Both the position numbers and the translations under genes were made by a program. This document shows positions 17,453 through 29,338 of a stretch of 58,642 bases of DNA, one piece after another (positions within the stretch are counted from its first letter, which is position 1; each line of letters opens with the position of its first letter). Below the pieces are notes generated by a model that was given only the letters and a program-made list of their open reading frames with translations, was not told the origin of the DNA and searched no databases. The stretch covers positions 1 through 58,642 of the forward strand of contig JAAZJX010000069.1 in NCBI GenBank assembly GCA_012800155.1, written 5' to 3'. Source of the stretch: Candidatus Magasanikiibacteriota bacterium. Lineage in GTDB: Bacteria > Patescibacteriota > Patescibacteriia > Magasanikbacterales > UBA922.

Positions 17453-18940
17453 ATGAAAAACTATTATATTACCACTACTTTGCCGTATGTAAATGCTGAA
17501 CCACACATTGGTTTTGCTTTGGAAATTATTCAGGCAGATGTTTTGGCTCGCTATCATCGTTTATTAGGAAAAAATGTAGTATTTAATTTTGGCACTGATG
17601 AACATGGTTTGAAAATTTATCGAAAGGCTTTGGAATTAGGAATTGAGCCACAAAAATATTGTGATGAATACGCTGTTAAATTTGATGCTTTGAAACAAGC
17701 GCTTAATTTAAGTTACACTCATTTTATTCGGACAACTGATAAGTATCATAAAAAAGCAGCTCAAGAATTTTGGAAATTATGTGAAAAAAATGGTGATATT
17801 TATAAAAAAAATTATAGTGTTAAATATTGTGTAGGTTGTGAATTAGAAAAAACTGATTCTGAGTTAGTTGATGGTAAATGTCCAGTTCATCCTAATTTAG
17901 TTTTAGAATTAATTGAAGAAGAAAATTATTTTTTTAAATTTTCTAAATATCAAAAATCTTTATTAAAATTATACAAAGATAATCCAAATTTTATTATACC
18001 TCAGAATAGACAATTAGAAATTAAAAATTTTGTGGAACGAGGTTTAGAAGATTTTAGTATTTCTCGTTTGAAAAATAAGATGCCTTGGGGTGTGGAAGTT
18101 CCAGGAGATGAAAGTCAAGTAATGTATGTTTGGTTTGACGCTTTAATAAATTATATTTCAACTCTTGGTTGGCCAGAAAATAAAAATAATTTTGAAAAAA
18201 ATTGGCCAGGAGTACAAGTGGCGGGAAAAGATAATCTTCGTCAGCAAGCAGCTATGTGGCAAGCTATGCTTATCTCAGCTGGTTTACCAAATTCAAAACA
18301 AATTTTTATTCATGGGTTTATTACTGCTGAAGGAAAAAAGATGAGTAAAAGTTTAGGTAATGTGATAGAGCCATATAAAATTGTAGAAAAATATGGTACT
18401 GATGCTGTGCGTTATTATTTACTTGGCGCTATGCCAGCTTATGAAGACGGTGATTTTAGTATTCAAAGATTTGAAGAATTTTATACTGCTCATCTTGTAA
18501 ATGGTATAGGTAATTTAACTAGTAGAATTTTAACAATGTTAGAAAAGTATTCAGAATCAAAAATTCCTCAAGTGGAAAATGTGAATTGGGAAATAGAAAA
18601 TTTTTGGATAAAATATAATAAATATTTAAGTGAATATAAATTTGAAGAAGTGGTTAATTTAATAAATAAATTTGTTGCAGAATTAGACAGTTTTATTTCT
18701 ACACAAAAACCTTGGGAAAAAGTAAAAGCTGGTGAAGATATTTCTGGTTTACTTTATCAATTAGCCGAAGGTTTGCGTCAGATTGCCGTAGCATTATTGC
18801 CAATTATTCCTGAAACTGCGGAAAAGATTTTGAAACAGTTAAACACAACTGAATTGTCTCATGACTGGGGAAAATTGTCAGAAGGTGGTATAATAAATAA
18901 AGGAGGAATATTATTTTCAAGATTAGAAAATAATATATAA
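17453..18940 (+). CDS. metG: Methionine--tRNA ligase (short form)
   Basis: YITTTLPYVNAEPHIGF, GTDEHG, YVWFDALINY, KMSKSLGN; no C-terminal dimerisation domain. Confidence 0.96.
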   Translation: MKNYYITTTLPYVNAEPHIGFALEIIQADVLARYHRLLGKNVVFNFGTDEHGLKIYRKALELGIEPQKYCDEYAVKFDALKQALNLSYTHFIRTTDKYHKKAAQEFWKLCEKNGDIYKKNYSVKYCVGCELEKTDSELVDGKCPVHPNLVLELIEEENYFFKFSKYQKSLLKLYKDNPNFIIPQNRQLEIKNFVERGLEDFSISRLKNKMPWGVEVPGDESQVMYVWFDALINYISTLGWPENKNNFEKNWPGVQVAGKDNLRQQAAMWQAMLISAGLPNSKQIFIHGFITAEGKKMSKSLGNVIEPYKIVEKYGTDAVRYYLLGAMPAYEDGDFSIQRFEEFYTAHLVNGIGNLTSRILTMLEKYSESKIPQVENVNWEIENFWIKYNKYLSEYKFEEVVNLINKFVAELDSFISTQKPWEKVKAGEDISGLLYQLAEGLRQIAVALLPIIPETAEKILKQLNTTELSHDWGKLSEGGIINKGGILFSRLENNI

Positions 18941-18965
18941 TTTTAAATTTTAAATTATAAGACAT

Positions 18966-19511
18966 ATGTCTTTATTTGATATCATTCTTCTCATAATTAT
19001 TAGTGGGTTTGCAATGTTTGGTTTTTGGTTTGGTTTAGTTCATACTATTGGATCTTTGGTTGGAACAATTATTGGAGCTTATGTGGCTAGCAGATATTAT
19101 GAACCAATGGCAAGTTGGTTAGTAAATATTACAGGTTGGGAAAGTAATTTTTCCAAAGTTCTTATGTTTATTATTACTTTTGTAGTGGTAAATAGATTGA
19201 TAGGTTTTGGATTTTGGATTTTAGATAAGGCAACTAGTTTTATTACAAAAATGCCATTTTTAAATTCACTTAATAGATTTTTAGGTATTATTATTGGTTT
19301 ATTTGAAGGAGTGATTACATTAGGTTTAATATTTTATTTTATAGAACGTATTCCATTATCTGATCAATTTATGGGATGGATGGCTGCTTCTAAGTTTGTT
19401 CCTTTTTTAGTTAATTCTGCAGCAATTTTAATTCCACTTTTGCCCGAAGCTTTAAAAATGCTTCGTTCTACTGTAGATTATGTTCAAGATATTGTTGTTT
19501 CTAATTTATGA
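18966..19511 (+). CDS. cvpA: CvpA (colicin V production) family membrane protein
   Basis: FDIILL...GFWFGL start, LNRFLGIIIGLFEG, about four TM helices. Confidence 0.85.
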   Translation: MSLFDIILLIIISGFAMFGFWFGLVHTIGSLVGTIIGAYVASRYYEPMASWLVNITGWESNFSKVLMFIITFVVVNRLIGFGFWILDKATSFITKMPFLNSLNRFLGIIIGLFEGVITLGLIFYFIERIPLSDQFMGWMAASKFVPFLVNSAAILIPLLPEALKMLRSTVDYVQDIVVSNL

Positions 19512-20377
19512 TTGATACCCATTGTCATATACAATTTCAAGGATATAAGGATGACCGTGATGAGGTCATTCTTCGTTGTATAAAAAAAGGATTGATCATG
19601 AATACGATTGGCACACAAAAAGAAACTAGTAGATTAGCAGTAGAAATAGCAGAAAAATATAATAATATTTATGCAACAATTGGACTTCATCCTGTGCATC
19701 TTTTTGCTACTCAGGTTGATGAAGAAGAATCAAAATTTTTGTCTCATGAAGAAGATTTTGATGAAAAATATTATTTAAATTTAGCAAAATCAAAAAAAGT
19801 AATTGGAGTGGGGGAATGCGGTTTAGATTTTTTTCATTTACCAAATAATATAGATTTTAAAATTATTTTAGAAAAACAAAAAAAAGTTTTTATTCAACAA
19901 TTTAAATTTGCTCAAAAAAATAATTTAACTTTGGTAGTTCATACTAGAGATTCTGAGCCGGATAAAAATTTACCAAAAGCTTATGATGAAATGGCAAAAT
20001 TATTAGCAAAACTTATAAAAAAATATGGTAAGATAAAAGGAGTGATTCATTGTTATTCTGGAAATTGGATACAAGCTAAAAAATTTTTAGATTTAGGATT
20101 TTATCTTGGTTTTACTGGAATAATTACTTTTCCACCGCGTAAAACTAATCCTCAACCAACTTTGGATTTATTAGAAGTAGTAAAAAATTGTCCATTGGAT
20201 AAAATAGTGGTAGAAACAGATGCTCCTTATCTAGCTCCTCAATTATATCGTGGTAAAAAATGTGAACCTTGGATGGTAGAAGAAGTAGTTAAAGAAATAG
20301 CTAAAATAAGAGGAAAAAGTGTTGAAGAAATAATTAAAATTACAGATGATAATGCCAAAAAATTATTTAATATTTAA
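19508..20377 (+). CDS. tatD: TatD-family hydrolase/DNase
   Basis: DTHCH, GLHP, GECGLD, HTRD, HCYSG, ETDAPYLAP. Confidence 0.95.
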   Translation: MIDTHCHIQFQGYKDDRDEVILRCIKKGLIMNTIGTQKETSRLAVEIAEKYNNIYATIGLHPVHLFATQVDEEESKFLSHEEDFDEKYYLNLAKSKKVIGVGECGLDFFHLPNNIDFKIILEKQKKVFIQQFKFAQKNNLTLVVHTRDSEPDKNLPKAYDEMAKLLAKLIKKYGKIKGVIHCYSGNWIQAKKFLDLGFYLGFTGIITFPPRKTNPQPTLDLLEVVKNCPLDKIVVETDAPYLAPQLYRGKKCEPWMVEEVVKEIAKIRGKSVEEIIKITDDNAKKLFNI

Positions 20378-20403
20378 AAAAGAGCTTAAAAAAGCTCTTT
20401 TTT
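20376..20403 (+). terminator. Terminator after tatD
   Basis: aaaaaagagctt-aaaa-aagctctttttt. Confidence 0.7.
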
Positions 20404-20436
20404 ATATTTTTATGCACAATCTAAATAAAAAAATAG

Positions 20437-20465
20437 TTGACGAAAGTCTAATAATCAGTTAAAAT
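20437..20465 (+). promoter_or_regulatory. atp operon promoter
   Basis: TTGACG-17-TAAAAT. Confidence 0.65.
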
Positions 20466-20502
20466 ATTGTCGTTAATCAAATATCTTTTTAAATTTTAAA
20501 AT

Positions 20503-20769
20503 ATGGCTTTATTGCCTTCTAATCCTAGAGAAAGAAAATACATGTTGATGGGTTTTAGAATAGTGGGAGATTTTGGGGCGAGTATTGCTATTCCTGTGGT
20601 AGTGTTTGTTATTATTGGTCAGTGGTTGGATGGAAAATATCAGACTCAGCCATATTTTACGATTGGAGCTTTTGTTTTAGCAGCGTTAGTTTCTGGAAGA
20701 CTTATTTATAAAAAAGCTAAAAATTACGGAAAAGAATATCATGAATTAGGTAAAGAAAAAAATAAATAA
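20503..20769 (+). CDS. AtpZ/AtpI-family protein
   Basis: Two TM helices with GQWLDGKYQTQPYF; first gene of the atp operon. Confidence 0.85.
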   Translation: MALLPSNPRERKYMLMGFRIVGDFGASIAIPVVVFVIIGQWLDGKYQTQPYFTIGAFVLAALVSGRLIYKKAKNYGKEYHELGKEKNK

Positions 20770-20774
20770 TAATT

Positions 20775-21605
20775 ATGAGTGGCGAAATTCACATTCCAAC
20801 TTTAGCACCAGAGACCTTGTTTCATATAGGAAATATTAGTATTACCAATACAATGATAAATGCTTGGATTGCTATAATTATTTTTTTAATATTAGGTATT
20901 TTAATAAAAAGAAAAATAGCTCTTCGACCGGGAAAATTACAAAATTGGTGTGAATATTTTTTAGATTTAATATTAGGTTATTTTGATCAGGTTACAGGAG
21001 ACAGAAAAAAAACTATTAAATTTTTACCAATAGTTGGATCTGTCTTCTTTTTTATTTTACTTTCTAATTGGATTGGTCTTTTACCAGGGACTGGAAGTAT
21101 TACTTATGGTCACAATATGTTGCTTCGTCCAGCTAATACTGATTTAAATTTAACTTTGGCAATGTCTTTAGTAGCAGTACTTTCTTCACATATTTTTGCT
21201 TTTTTTAGTATTGGATTTTTTACCCAAATTGGAAAATTTATTCAAATTAAAAATATTATCAAAAGTATACCAAAAGGTCCAATTGCTATTTTTACTGCTC
21301 TAATTGAGTTTATGGTTGGTATTATAGAAATTGCCTCAGAAGTTGCTAAAGTTTTATCTTTATCTCTTCGTTTGTTTGGTAATATTTTTGCAGGAGAGGT
21401 TTTGATTACAGTAATTTCTGCTTTGATAGCTGCTGTTGTTCCAACACCATTTATGTTATTAGAATTATTAGTTGGATTAATTCAAGCTTCAGTATTTGCA
21501 ATGCTGACTATTGTTTATTTAACAGTTGCTGGTTCAGCTCCTCATGGCGAGGAACATCATGAAGAAGTTCATGAAGTTTTAAAAGAACCTGTAAAGGTAA
21601 AATAA
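20775..21605 (+). CDS. atpB: ATP synthase Fo subunit a
   Basis: SNWIGLLPG, SLSLRLFGNIFAGE, LIQASVFAML. Confidence 0.97.
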   Translation: MSGEIHIPTLAPETLFHIGNISITNTMINAWIAIIIFLILGILIKRKIALRPGKLQNWCEYFLDLILGYFDQVTGDRKKTIKFLPIVGSVFFFILLSNWIGLLPGTGSITYGHNMLLRPANTDLNLTLAMSLVAVLSSHIFAFFSIGFFTQIGKFIQIKNIIKSIPKGPIAIFTALIEFMVGIIEIASEVAKVLSLSLRLFGNIFAGEVLITVISALIAAVVPTPFMLLELLVGLIQASVFAMLTIVYLTVAGSAPHGEEHHEEVHEVLKEPVKVK

Positions 21606-21683
21606 GTAGTAAAGAATAAAAAGTAAATTTTATTTTTTATTCTTTACTCCTTGTGAAGAGTAGAGGTATTCAAGGTGAGGTAA

Positions 21684-21977
<294 letters not shown>

Positions 21978-22036
21978 TTTCTTACACTGGGTCAATTTTG
22001 GTCCAGTGAATAGATATTATTTTAAAATTTATAATT

Positions 22037-22633
22037 ATGAATATAATAAACACAGTTTATGCTAGCAATGAATCAGTTTCAGAAACTGAAGTTTTAGCTA
22101 CGGAAACTTATACAACCACAGGACATGGAGAAGAAACAAGTGGAGTAGTAGCTTCTTTGGGTATTAATGCTCAACTTTTTGTATTTCAGCTTTTGAATTT
22201 TGCTATCGTAGCTGCTATTTTGTGGTTTTTAATTTTAAAACCATTAACTAAAAAGTTAGAGGATAGAAAGAAAATTATTAATGATAGTTTGGATAAAGCT
22301 CAAGAAGTAGAAACAAACTTAACAATGAGCCAACAAAAATTTCAAGAAAAGATTGATGAAGCCAAAGTTGAAGCCAATAAAATTATTGAAAAAGCTTATG
22401 CTGATAGTGAAAAATTGAGTGAAGAAATGAAAAATAAAGCTAAAAAAGAAATTGAACTATTAGTTGATCAAGCTAAGCGTAATATTCAAATTGAGAAAGA
22501 AGAGACTATTCAAGGTTTAAAAAATGAAACTGTAAATTTAATTATAGCCGTTGTAGAAAAAGTTTTGAATGAAAAAATTACAGATAAAAAAGATCGAGAA
22601 TTGATTGAAGATTCATTGAAAAATATTAAATAA
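22037..22633 (+). CDS. atpF: ATP synthase Fo subunit b
   Basis: QLLNFAIV...LKPLTKKLEDRKK followed by coiled coil. Confidence 0.95.
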   Translation: MNIINTVYASNESVSETEVLATETYTTTGHGEETSGVVASLGINAQLFVFQLLNFAIVAAILWFLILKPLTKKLEDRKKIINDSLDKAQEVETNLTMSQQKFQEKIDEAKVEANKIIEKAYADSEKLSEEMKNKAKKEIELLVDQAKRNIQIEKEETIQGLKNETVNLIIAVVEKVLNEKITDKKDRELIEDSLKNIK

Positions 22634-22638
22634 TTTTT

Positions 22639-23019
22639 ATGAAAAAAAGCAATAAACAATTTGCTGAAGCTTTGTATAAGGTTACTAAAAGTTTAAAAGA
22701 TAAAGATTTAGAAAGAGTTTTATTTAATTTTGCAAAATTATTAGTTCGTTCTCATAAATTAAAGCAAGCGGAGAGGATTATAGAAGAATATATAAAATAT
22801 GCAAAAAAACAAGAAGGTGTGAAAGAAATAGAAATTACTTCTGCTCATAAATTAGATCAAGAAACTATTGACAAGATAAAACAAGTTTTTGGAGATAAAG
22901 TTAATGAACAACAAATTATTGATAAAAATATTTTAGGTGGAGTGAGTATTAAGCTAGAAGACAAGATTTTGGATGCAACTATTAAAACTCAATTAAAACA
23001 ATTAAAAAATGCATTATAA
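22639..23019 (+). CDS. atpH: ATP synthase F1 subunit delta (short)
   Basis: ITSAHKL, DKNILGG, DATIKTQL; operon position. Confidence 0.92.
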   Translation: MKKSNKQFAEALYKVTKSLKDKDLERVLFNFAKLLVRSHKLKQAERIIEEYIKYAKKQEGVKEIEITSAHKLDQETIDKIKQVFGDKVNEQQIIDKNILGGVSIKLEDKILDATIKTQLKQLKNAL

Positions 23020-23043
23020 TTAATAATCAAATTTTATAAACAT

Positions 23044-24531
23044 ATGTCTACAAATCAGATAGTTGAAGAATTAAAAAAACATATTTCTCAATTTGAAAAA
23101 GTTATTGAGGTGGAGGAAATTGGTACAGTCGTAGAAGTTGGCGATGGTATTGCTCGTATGACTGGATTGACCAAAAGTCAATATCAAGAAATGTTGGAAT
23201 TTTCAAATGGAGTTTTTGGAGTAGTTTTGAATTTAGAAGAAGAAACTGTTGGAGCGGTTATTCTTGGTGATTACAAAGGTATTAAAGAAGGGGACACAGT
23301 AAAAAGAACTGGTCGTATTTTGTCAGTTCCAGTTGGAGAGCAAATGATCGGTAGAGTAGTAAATGCTTTAGGTCAAGCTATTGATGGAAAAGATGAAATT
23401 AAAACTGATAAATTTTATCCAGTAGAAAAAATTGCTCCTGGTGTTATGACTCGTCAATCAGTTGATCAGCCAGTACAAACAGGTATTAAAGCTATTGATG
23501 CAATGATTCCAATTGGTCGTGGTCAGCGCGAACTTATTATTGGTGATCGTCAAACTGGTAAAACCGCGATTGCGATTGATACCATTATCAATCAAAAAGG
23601 TCAAAACATGAAATGTATTTATGTAGCAGTTGGTCAAAAAGAATCTAAAATCGCTCGTATTGTAGCTAAATTAGAAGAAACTGGAGCTATGGAATATACC
23701 ACAGTTGTTGTTGCTGGCGCTTCTGATCCTGCTTCTATGTCTATGTTTGCACCTTATTCAGGAGTAGCAATGGCTGAATATTTTGCTGATCAAGGTCAAG
23801 ATGTTTTAATTGTTTATGATGATTTAACTAAACAAGCTTGGGCTTATCGTGAAATTTCTTTGCTACTTCGTCGTCCGCCAGGAAGAGAAGCTTATCCGGG
23901 CGATGTATTTTATTTACATTCACGCTTACTAGAACGCGCTTGTCGTCTAAATAAAGAAAATGGTGGTGGTTCAATTACAGCTTTACCAATTATTGAAACT
24001 CAAGCTGGAGATGTAACTGCTTATATTCCAACTAATGTAATTTCTATTACTGATGGACAGATTTTTTTGGAAACAGATTTGTTTTATCGCGGTGTTCGTC
24101 CAGCTTTAAATGTAGGTATTTCTGTGTCTCGTGTAGGTGGTTCTGCTCAAATTAAACCAATGAAAAAAGTAGCAGGTAAATTAAAATTGGCTATGGCTCA
24201 ATTTCGTGAATTAGAAGCTTTTGCTCAATTATCGTCAGATTTGGATCCAGAAACAAAGAAACAAATTGATTTAGGAAGAAGAATGACAGAATTGTTAAAA
24301 CAAGGTCAATATTCTCCAATGTCTGTGGAAGATCAGGTAGCAATTATTTATGCTGTCAGTAATGAATATTTTAATAAATTTGAAGTAAATGCAATTAAAG
24401 AAGCTGAAAAACAATTTCTTGATTTTATGCATAAAAATAAAAAAATTTTATTGGATAAAATTGCTAAAGGAGAATGGGATGAAGTTATTGAATCAGAACT
24501 TAAATCTGCTTGTGAAGAATTTATTAAGTAA
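23044..24531 (+). CDS. atpA: ATP synthase F1 subunit alpha
   Basis: [32 protein letters not shown]. Confidence 0.99.
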   Translation: MSTNQIVEELKKHISQFEKVIEVEEIGTVVEVGDGIARMTGLTKSQYQEMLEFSNGVFGVVLNLEEETVGAVILGDYKGIKEGDTVKRTGRILSVPVGEQMIGRVVNALGQAIDGKDEIKTDKFYPVEKIAPGVMTRQSVDQPVQTGIKAIDAMIPIGRGQRELIIGDRQTGKTAIAIDTIINQKGQNMKCIYVAVGQKESKIARIVAKLEETGAMEYTTVVVAGASDPASMSMFAPYSGVAMAEYFADQGQDVLIVYDDLTKQAWAYREISLLLRRPPGREAYPGDVFYLHSRLLERACRLNKENGGGSITALPIIETQAGDVTAYIPTNVISITDGQIFLETDLFYRGVRPALNVGISVSRVGGSAQIKPMKKVAGKLKLAMAQFRELEAFAQLSSDLDPETKKQIDLGRRMTELLKQGQYSPMSVEDQVAIIYAVSNEYFNKFEVNAIKEAEKQFLDFMHKNKKILLDKIAKGEWDEVIESELKSACEEFIK

Positions 24532-24595
24532 ATTAAAATTATTAAATAAAATTTAATTTTCAATATTAAAAATTATAAATTGAAAATTCATTATT

Positions 24596-25567
24596 ATGTC
24601 AGTTAATACCAAAGCGATAAAACGAAGAATAAAATCTGTTGGCTCAACTCATAAAATTACTAAGGCTATGCAAATGATTTCGGCTGTAAAAATGAGAAAA
24701 GCAGTTGATTCAGCTATAAATACTCGTACTTATGCTACATTAGCTTGGGATTTATTAGTAAAATTATCAAAAACTAAAAAGAAAGAACTTCCTTTATTAG
24801 ATGCTAGACAAGTAAAAAAATTATTAATAATAATGATCACCTCTAATCGTGGTTTGTGTGGAAGTTTTAATGCTAATATTATCAAAAAAACAGCTGAACA
24901 ACTGAATAATCCAATAAATATTGGTCGACAGAGAGTAGAAAATACTTTTTTAGAACCAAGTTCTGAAATGATAGTTGATGTAATTGGAATTGGTAAAAAA
25001 GGTGCTGATTTTGCCAAAAAAATGAATTATAATTTAATTGCTTCTTTTTCTGATTTTTCTGATACTCCAACTTTAAATGATGTTTTGCCGATTAGTCGAA
25101 TGGTAATTGAAGCTTATGAAAAAAAACAATATGATAAAGTAGTAGCAGCTTATACAGATTTTAAATCTACTATCAATCAAGTAGCAAAATTTAGACAAGT
25201 ATTGCCAATTTCTGAATTTGATTTAGAAAAAATGTTATTAAGTTTAGGTGATCAAGAACAAGAAAAGCAAAATAAAAAAATGACCAAAGAGCGTGCAGAA
25301 TTTGAATTAGATAATTATCTTTTTGAACCAAACCAAGATCAAGTTTTACAAATCATTTTGCCTAAATTAGTAGAAACTCAAATTTATCAAGCCGTTTTAG
25401 AATCATCAGCTTCTGAACACAGTGCTCGTATGATGGCAATGCAAAATGCTAGTGAGGCTGCTTCGGAAATGATTGGAGAATTAAATTTAATCTATAACAA
25501 AGCTCGTCAGGCTGGTATTACGCAAGAAATTGCGGAAATTGCTGGTGGTGCGGCTGCTTTAGAATAA
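24596..25567 (+). CDS. atpG: ATP synthase F1 subunit gamma
   Basis: KITKAMQM, RGLCGSFN, NKARQAGITQEI. Confidence 0.98.
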   Translation: MSVNTKAIKRRIKSVGSTHKITKAMQMISAVKMRKAVDSAINTRTYATLAWDLLVKLSKTKKKELPLLDARQVKKLLIIMITSNRGLCGSFNANIIKKTAEQLNNPINIGRQRVENTFLEPSSEMIVDVIGIGKKGADFAKKMNYNLIASFSDFSDTPTLNDVLPISRMVIEAYEKKQYDKVVAAYTDFKSTINQVAKFRQVLPISEFDLEKMLLSLGDQEQEKQNKKMTKERAEFELDNYLFEPNQDQVLQIILPKLVETQIYQAVLESSASEHSARMMAMQNASEAASEMIGELNLIYNKARQAGITQEIAEIAGGAAALE

Positions 25568-25578
25568 TTTATAAATAA

Positions 25579-26970
<1,392 letters not shown>

Positions 26971-26975
26971 TATTT

Positions 26976-27410
26976 ATGAATACTATTCATTTTAAAATTG
27001 CTACTCCAGAAAAAATTATTTATGAAAATGATGTTTTTAAAATTTCTATTCCAACTACTACTGGAGAAATTACTATTTTACCACATCATATTCCTTTAGT
27101 ATCAATTGTTCAGGCAGGTGAATTAAAAGTAACTAGTAAGATGGGAGAACAAATAATTGCTGTTTCTAGTGGGTTTGTAGAAATAAAAGCTAATAATGAA
27201 GTAATTATTTTAGCTGATAATGCTGAACGCGCTGAATTGATTGATATTGAAAGAGCAGAAAAAGCCAGAAAAAGAGCTGAGGAAGAAATGGCTAAGGCTA
27301 GAAGTCAGGAAAATGTTGATTATGCTAAATTACAAGCTGTTATTGATCGCGAGATGAATAGAATTAAAATTGGTAAAAAATATAAAAAAATAAATATTAA
27401 GAATAATTAA
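26976..27410 (+). CDS. atpC: ATP synthase F1 subunit epsilon
   Basis: IATPE, GEITILPHHIPL, SGFVEI. Confidence 0.96.
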   Translation: MNTIHFKIATPEKIIYENDVFKISIPTTTGEITILPHHIPLVSIVQAGELKVTSKMGEQIIAVSSGFVEIKANNEVIILADNAERAELIDIERAEKARKRAEEEMAKARSQENVDYAKLQAVIDREMNRIKIGKKYKKINIKNN

Positions 27411-27512
27411 TTTTGTTTGAATTATTTTTAAATCTGCATAATATTAAACTTTTTATTTTAGATATTACATAAATTGTGATGTTTATGAAAAGTATAAAAT
27501 TTTTCTAATTTT

Positions 27513-27549
27513 AATAAAAAACAATTAATATAATCGATTGTTTTTTATT
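27513..27549 (+). terminator. Terminator-like hairpin after the atp operon
   Basis: aataaaaaacaat...attgttttttatt. Confidence 0.5.
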
Positions 27550-27602
27550 TTAATTATTTATAAATTCTTAAATCATTATAATTAAAATTATAATGTAATT
27601 AA

Positions 27603-28940
27603 ATGATTTTATTAATTAATCTATATATGAAAAAATTAAAATCGTTAATAATTCTTATTTTACAAGTAGTTGTTGTTTCTATAGGTTTGCATTATCTAAG
27701 AAATGCTTTACAAGCTTCAGATAATCATGAAATTAGTTTTGTAATGGTAATGCTTATAGATATTGCATTTTTGGCTGTTTATGCTTCTATGGGTGGTCGT
27801 TTAGCAAGATTATTAGGTTTTGCTCCAATGGCTGGTAAAATAATTATGGGTATTGTAGCTGGTCCAGCTGTTTTAGGTGTTTTACAACCTTATTCTGAGG
27901 GAGTAGAATTAGCTCGTTTAGCAGGTGTTTTATTTATTTTATTTGAAGCAGGTCTTCATTTTGATATGGAATTATTAAAAAAGAATTGGTTTATTTCTAC
28001 TGTCATTGCTTGTGTAGGTGTTTTTATTCCACTTGTTAGTATTGCTTTACTTGGACATTATGTCTTTTCTTTGGCTTGGATGCCAGCAATTTTTTTAGGA
28101 GGTGTTTTTACTGCAACTTCTGTTGGATTGTCAGTTGAAGCTTTAAAAAGAGCTGGTAAATTGGAAACTAATGTAGGTAATAAAATTATTGGCGCAGCAG
28201 TAATTGATGATATTTTAGGTGTTTTAGTTTTGACAATATTGGCAAAATTATCAAATGGTAATTTGGAAATGATGAGTATTGTGTGGATTTTTGTAGCTGT
28301 GGTTGTTTTTTTTGGCGGAGCTTATATACTTTGGAGTTGGGGAGTGGCTGATAAAATTGTTAAATATTTAGAAAGAAATTATGTTGGAAATTCAGAATCA
28401 ATCACTGGTCCTTCAACTCGTTTTTTCTTTGGTGCTTTGATGTTGACAGGCGCTTTAGCTGGGGTAATTGGTTTAGAACCAGTTTTAGGAGCTTTTGGTA
28501 TAGGAGTTGTTTTGTCAAAAGTAGATAATGAAATTAAAGATGAAACTTGGAAAAAAATAGAAGGTTATATGCATATTTTTGTAGGTGGATTTTTAGTAAG
28601 TATTGGTACAATGTTACCACGAGAATCTTTACTTGCTCCAAAAGCTTGGTTTTGGGCAATTATTTTAACATTATTAGCTTTTATTGGAAAATATCTTACA
28701 CGGTATGTTTTAAAAGATAAAGAAGAAGGTAAATTAGTTGGGCTTGCGATGTCAATTCGTGGTGAAGTTGGTTTAGTATTTATTGCTGTAGCTTTAGCTA
28801 ATCATGTTTTAGATGAAGTTACTGCTGCAGCTGGTTTGTTAGCAGTAATTTTGGTTACTGTTTTAGGTGCTATTCTTTTTGAAAAAGAAGTTATGAAACA
28901 AAGTGGGGTAAAAATTGTAAAATCAAAAGATCTTATTTAA
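27603..28940 (+). CDS. CPA2-family cation:proton antiporter (NapA-like); the real start may be the ATG at 27627
   Basis: LFEAGL, ATSVG, GAAVIDDILG, IRGEVGL; highly hydrophobic. Confidence 0.92.
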   Translation: MILLINLYMKKLKSLIILILQVVVVSIGLHYLRNALQASDNHEISFVMVMLIDIAFLAVYASMGGRLARLLGFAPMAGKIIMGIVAGPAVLGVLQPYSEGVELARLAGVLFILFEAGLHFDMELLKKNWFISTVIACVGVFIPLVSIALLGHYVFSLAWMPAIFLGGVFTATSVGLSVEALKRAGKLETNVGNKIIGAAVIDDILGVLVLTILAKLSNGNLEMMSIVWIFVAVVVFFGGAYILWSWGVADKIVKYLERNYVGNSESITGPSTRFFFGALMLTGALAGVIGLEPVLGAFGIGVVLSKVDNEIKDETWKKIEGYMHIFVGGFLVSIGTMLPRESLLAPKAWFWAIILTLLAFIGKYLTRYVLKDKEEGKLVGLAMSIRGEVGLVFIAVALANHVLDEVTAAAGLLAVILVTVLGAILFEKEVMKQSGVKIVKSKDLI

Positions 28941-29054
28941 AAGAATAATAAATTAATATTTTTTTGAAGCTATTTTATTGTGTATAATTATTATTTATTT
29001 TCTAGTTAATTTAGCCAAAAAATATCTTGTTAAAAATATTTTTTAAAAAAATAC

Positions 29055-29083
29055 TTGACTAAAAAATTATTTTTTAAGATAAT
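29055..29083 (+). promoter_or_regulatory. sigma70 promoter for the Cys-rich microprotein
   Basis: TTGACT-17-GATAAT. Confidence 0.55.
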
Positions 29084-29172
29084 ATAGATATTAATTAAAT
29101 AATTTTAAAATTTAAAAATTTTTGATTATTGATATAATTATTAGATAATAATTTTTTATAAATTAAATAAAT

Positions 29173-29304
29173 ATGTTTTGTCCATATTGTGACGCAGTAT
29201 TATTAGAAGATGAAATTTGTCCAAAATGTGGAGGTTGTGCTGATTGTTGTGTTTGTTATGAAAATGAAGATGATGAAGAAAAAGATGATTTAGATGAACA
29301 ATAA
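29173..29304 (+). CDS. 43-aa Cys-rich microprotein with acidic tail, absent from the ORF track
   Basis: Manual translation MFCPYCDAVLLEDEICPKCGGCADCCVCYENEDDEEKDDLDEQ; upstream promoter and downstream hairpin. Confidence 0.75.
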   Translation: MFCPYCDAVLLEDEICPKCGGCADCCVCYENEDDEEKDDLDEQ

Positions 29305-29305
29305 T

Positions 29306-29337
29306 AAAAACAACCGACATTAATGTCGGTTGTTTTT
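29306..29337. terminator. Terminator-like perfect palindrome at the symmetry axis
   Basis: aaaaacaaccgacatt|aatgtcggttgttttt immediately after the stop of the 43-aa ORF. Confidence 0.65.
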
Positions 29338-29338
29338 A

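Noticed and set aside
16576..19511. Alternative genetic code (TGA=Gly, code 25)
   Set aside because: Long conserved genes translate uninterrupted in code 11, and TGA ends rsmI and cvpA at the expected positions.
27431..27460. dif-like site (aatctgcataatatt) near the axis
   Set aside because: Only a XerC-like half-site resemblance; no TTATGTTAAAT-like XerD arm at the right spacing.
28941..29172. Very AT-rich stretch as a replication origin or subtelomeric element
   Set aside because: No DnaA boxes or iterons are seen, the composition is like other intergenic regions, and it contains an ordinary promoter.
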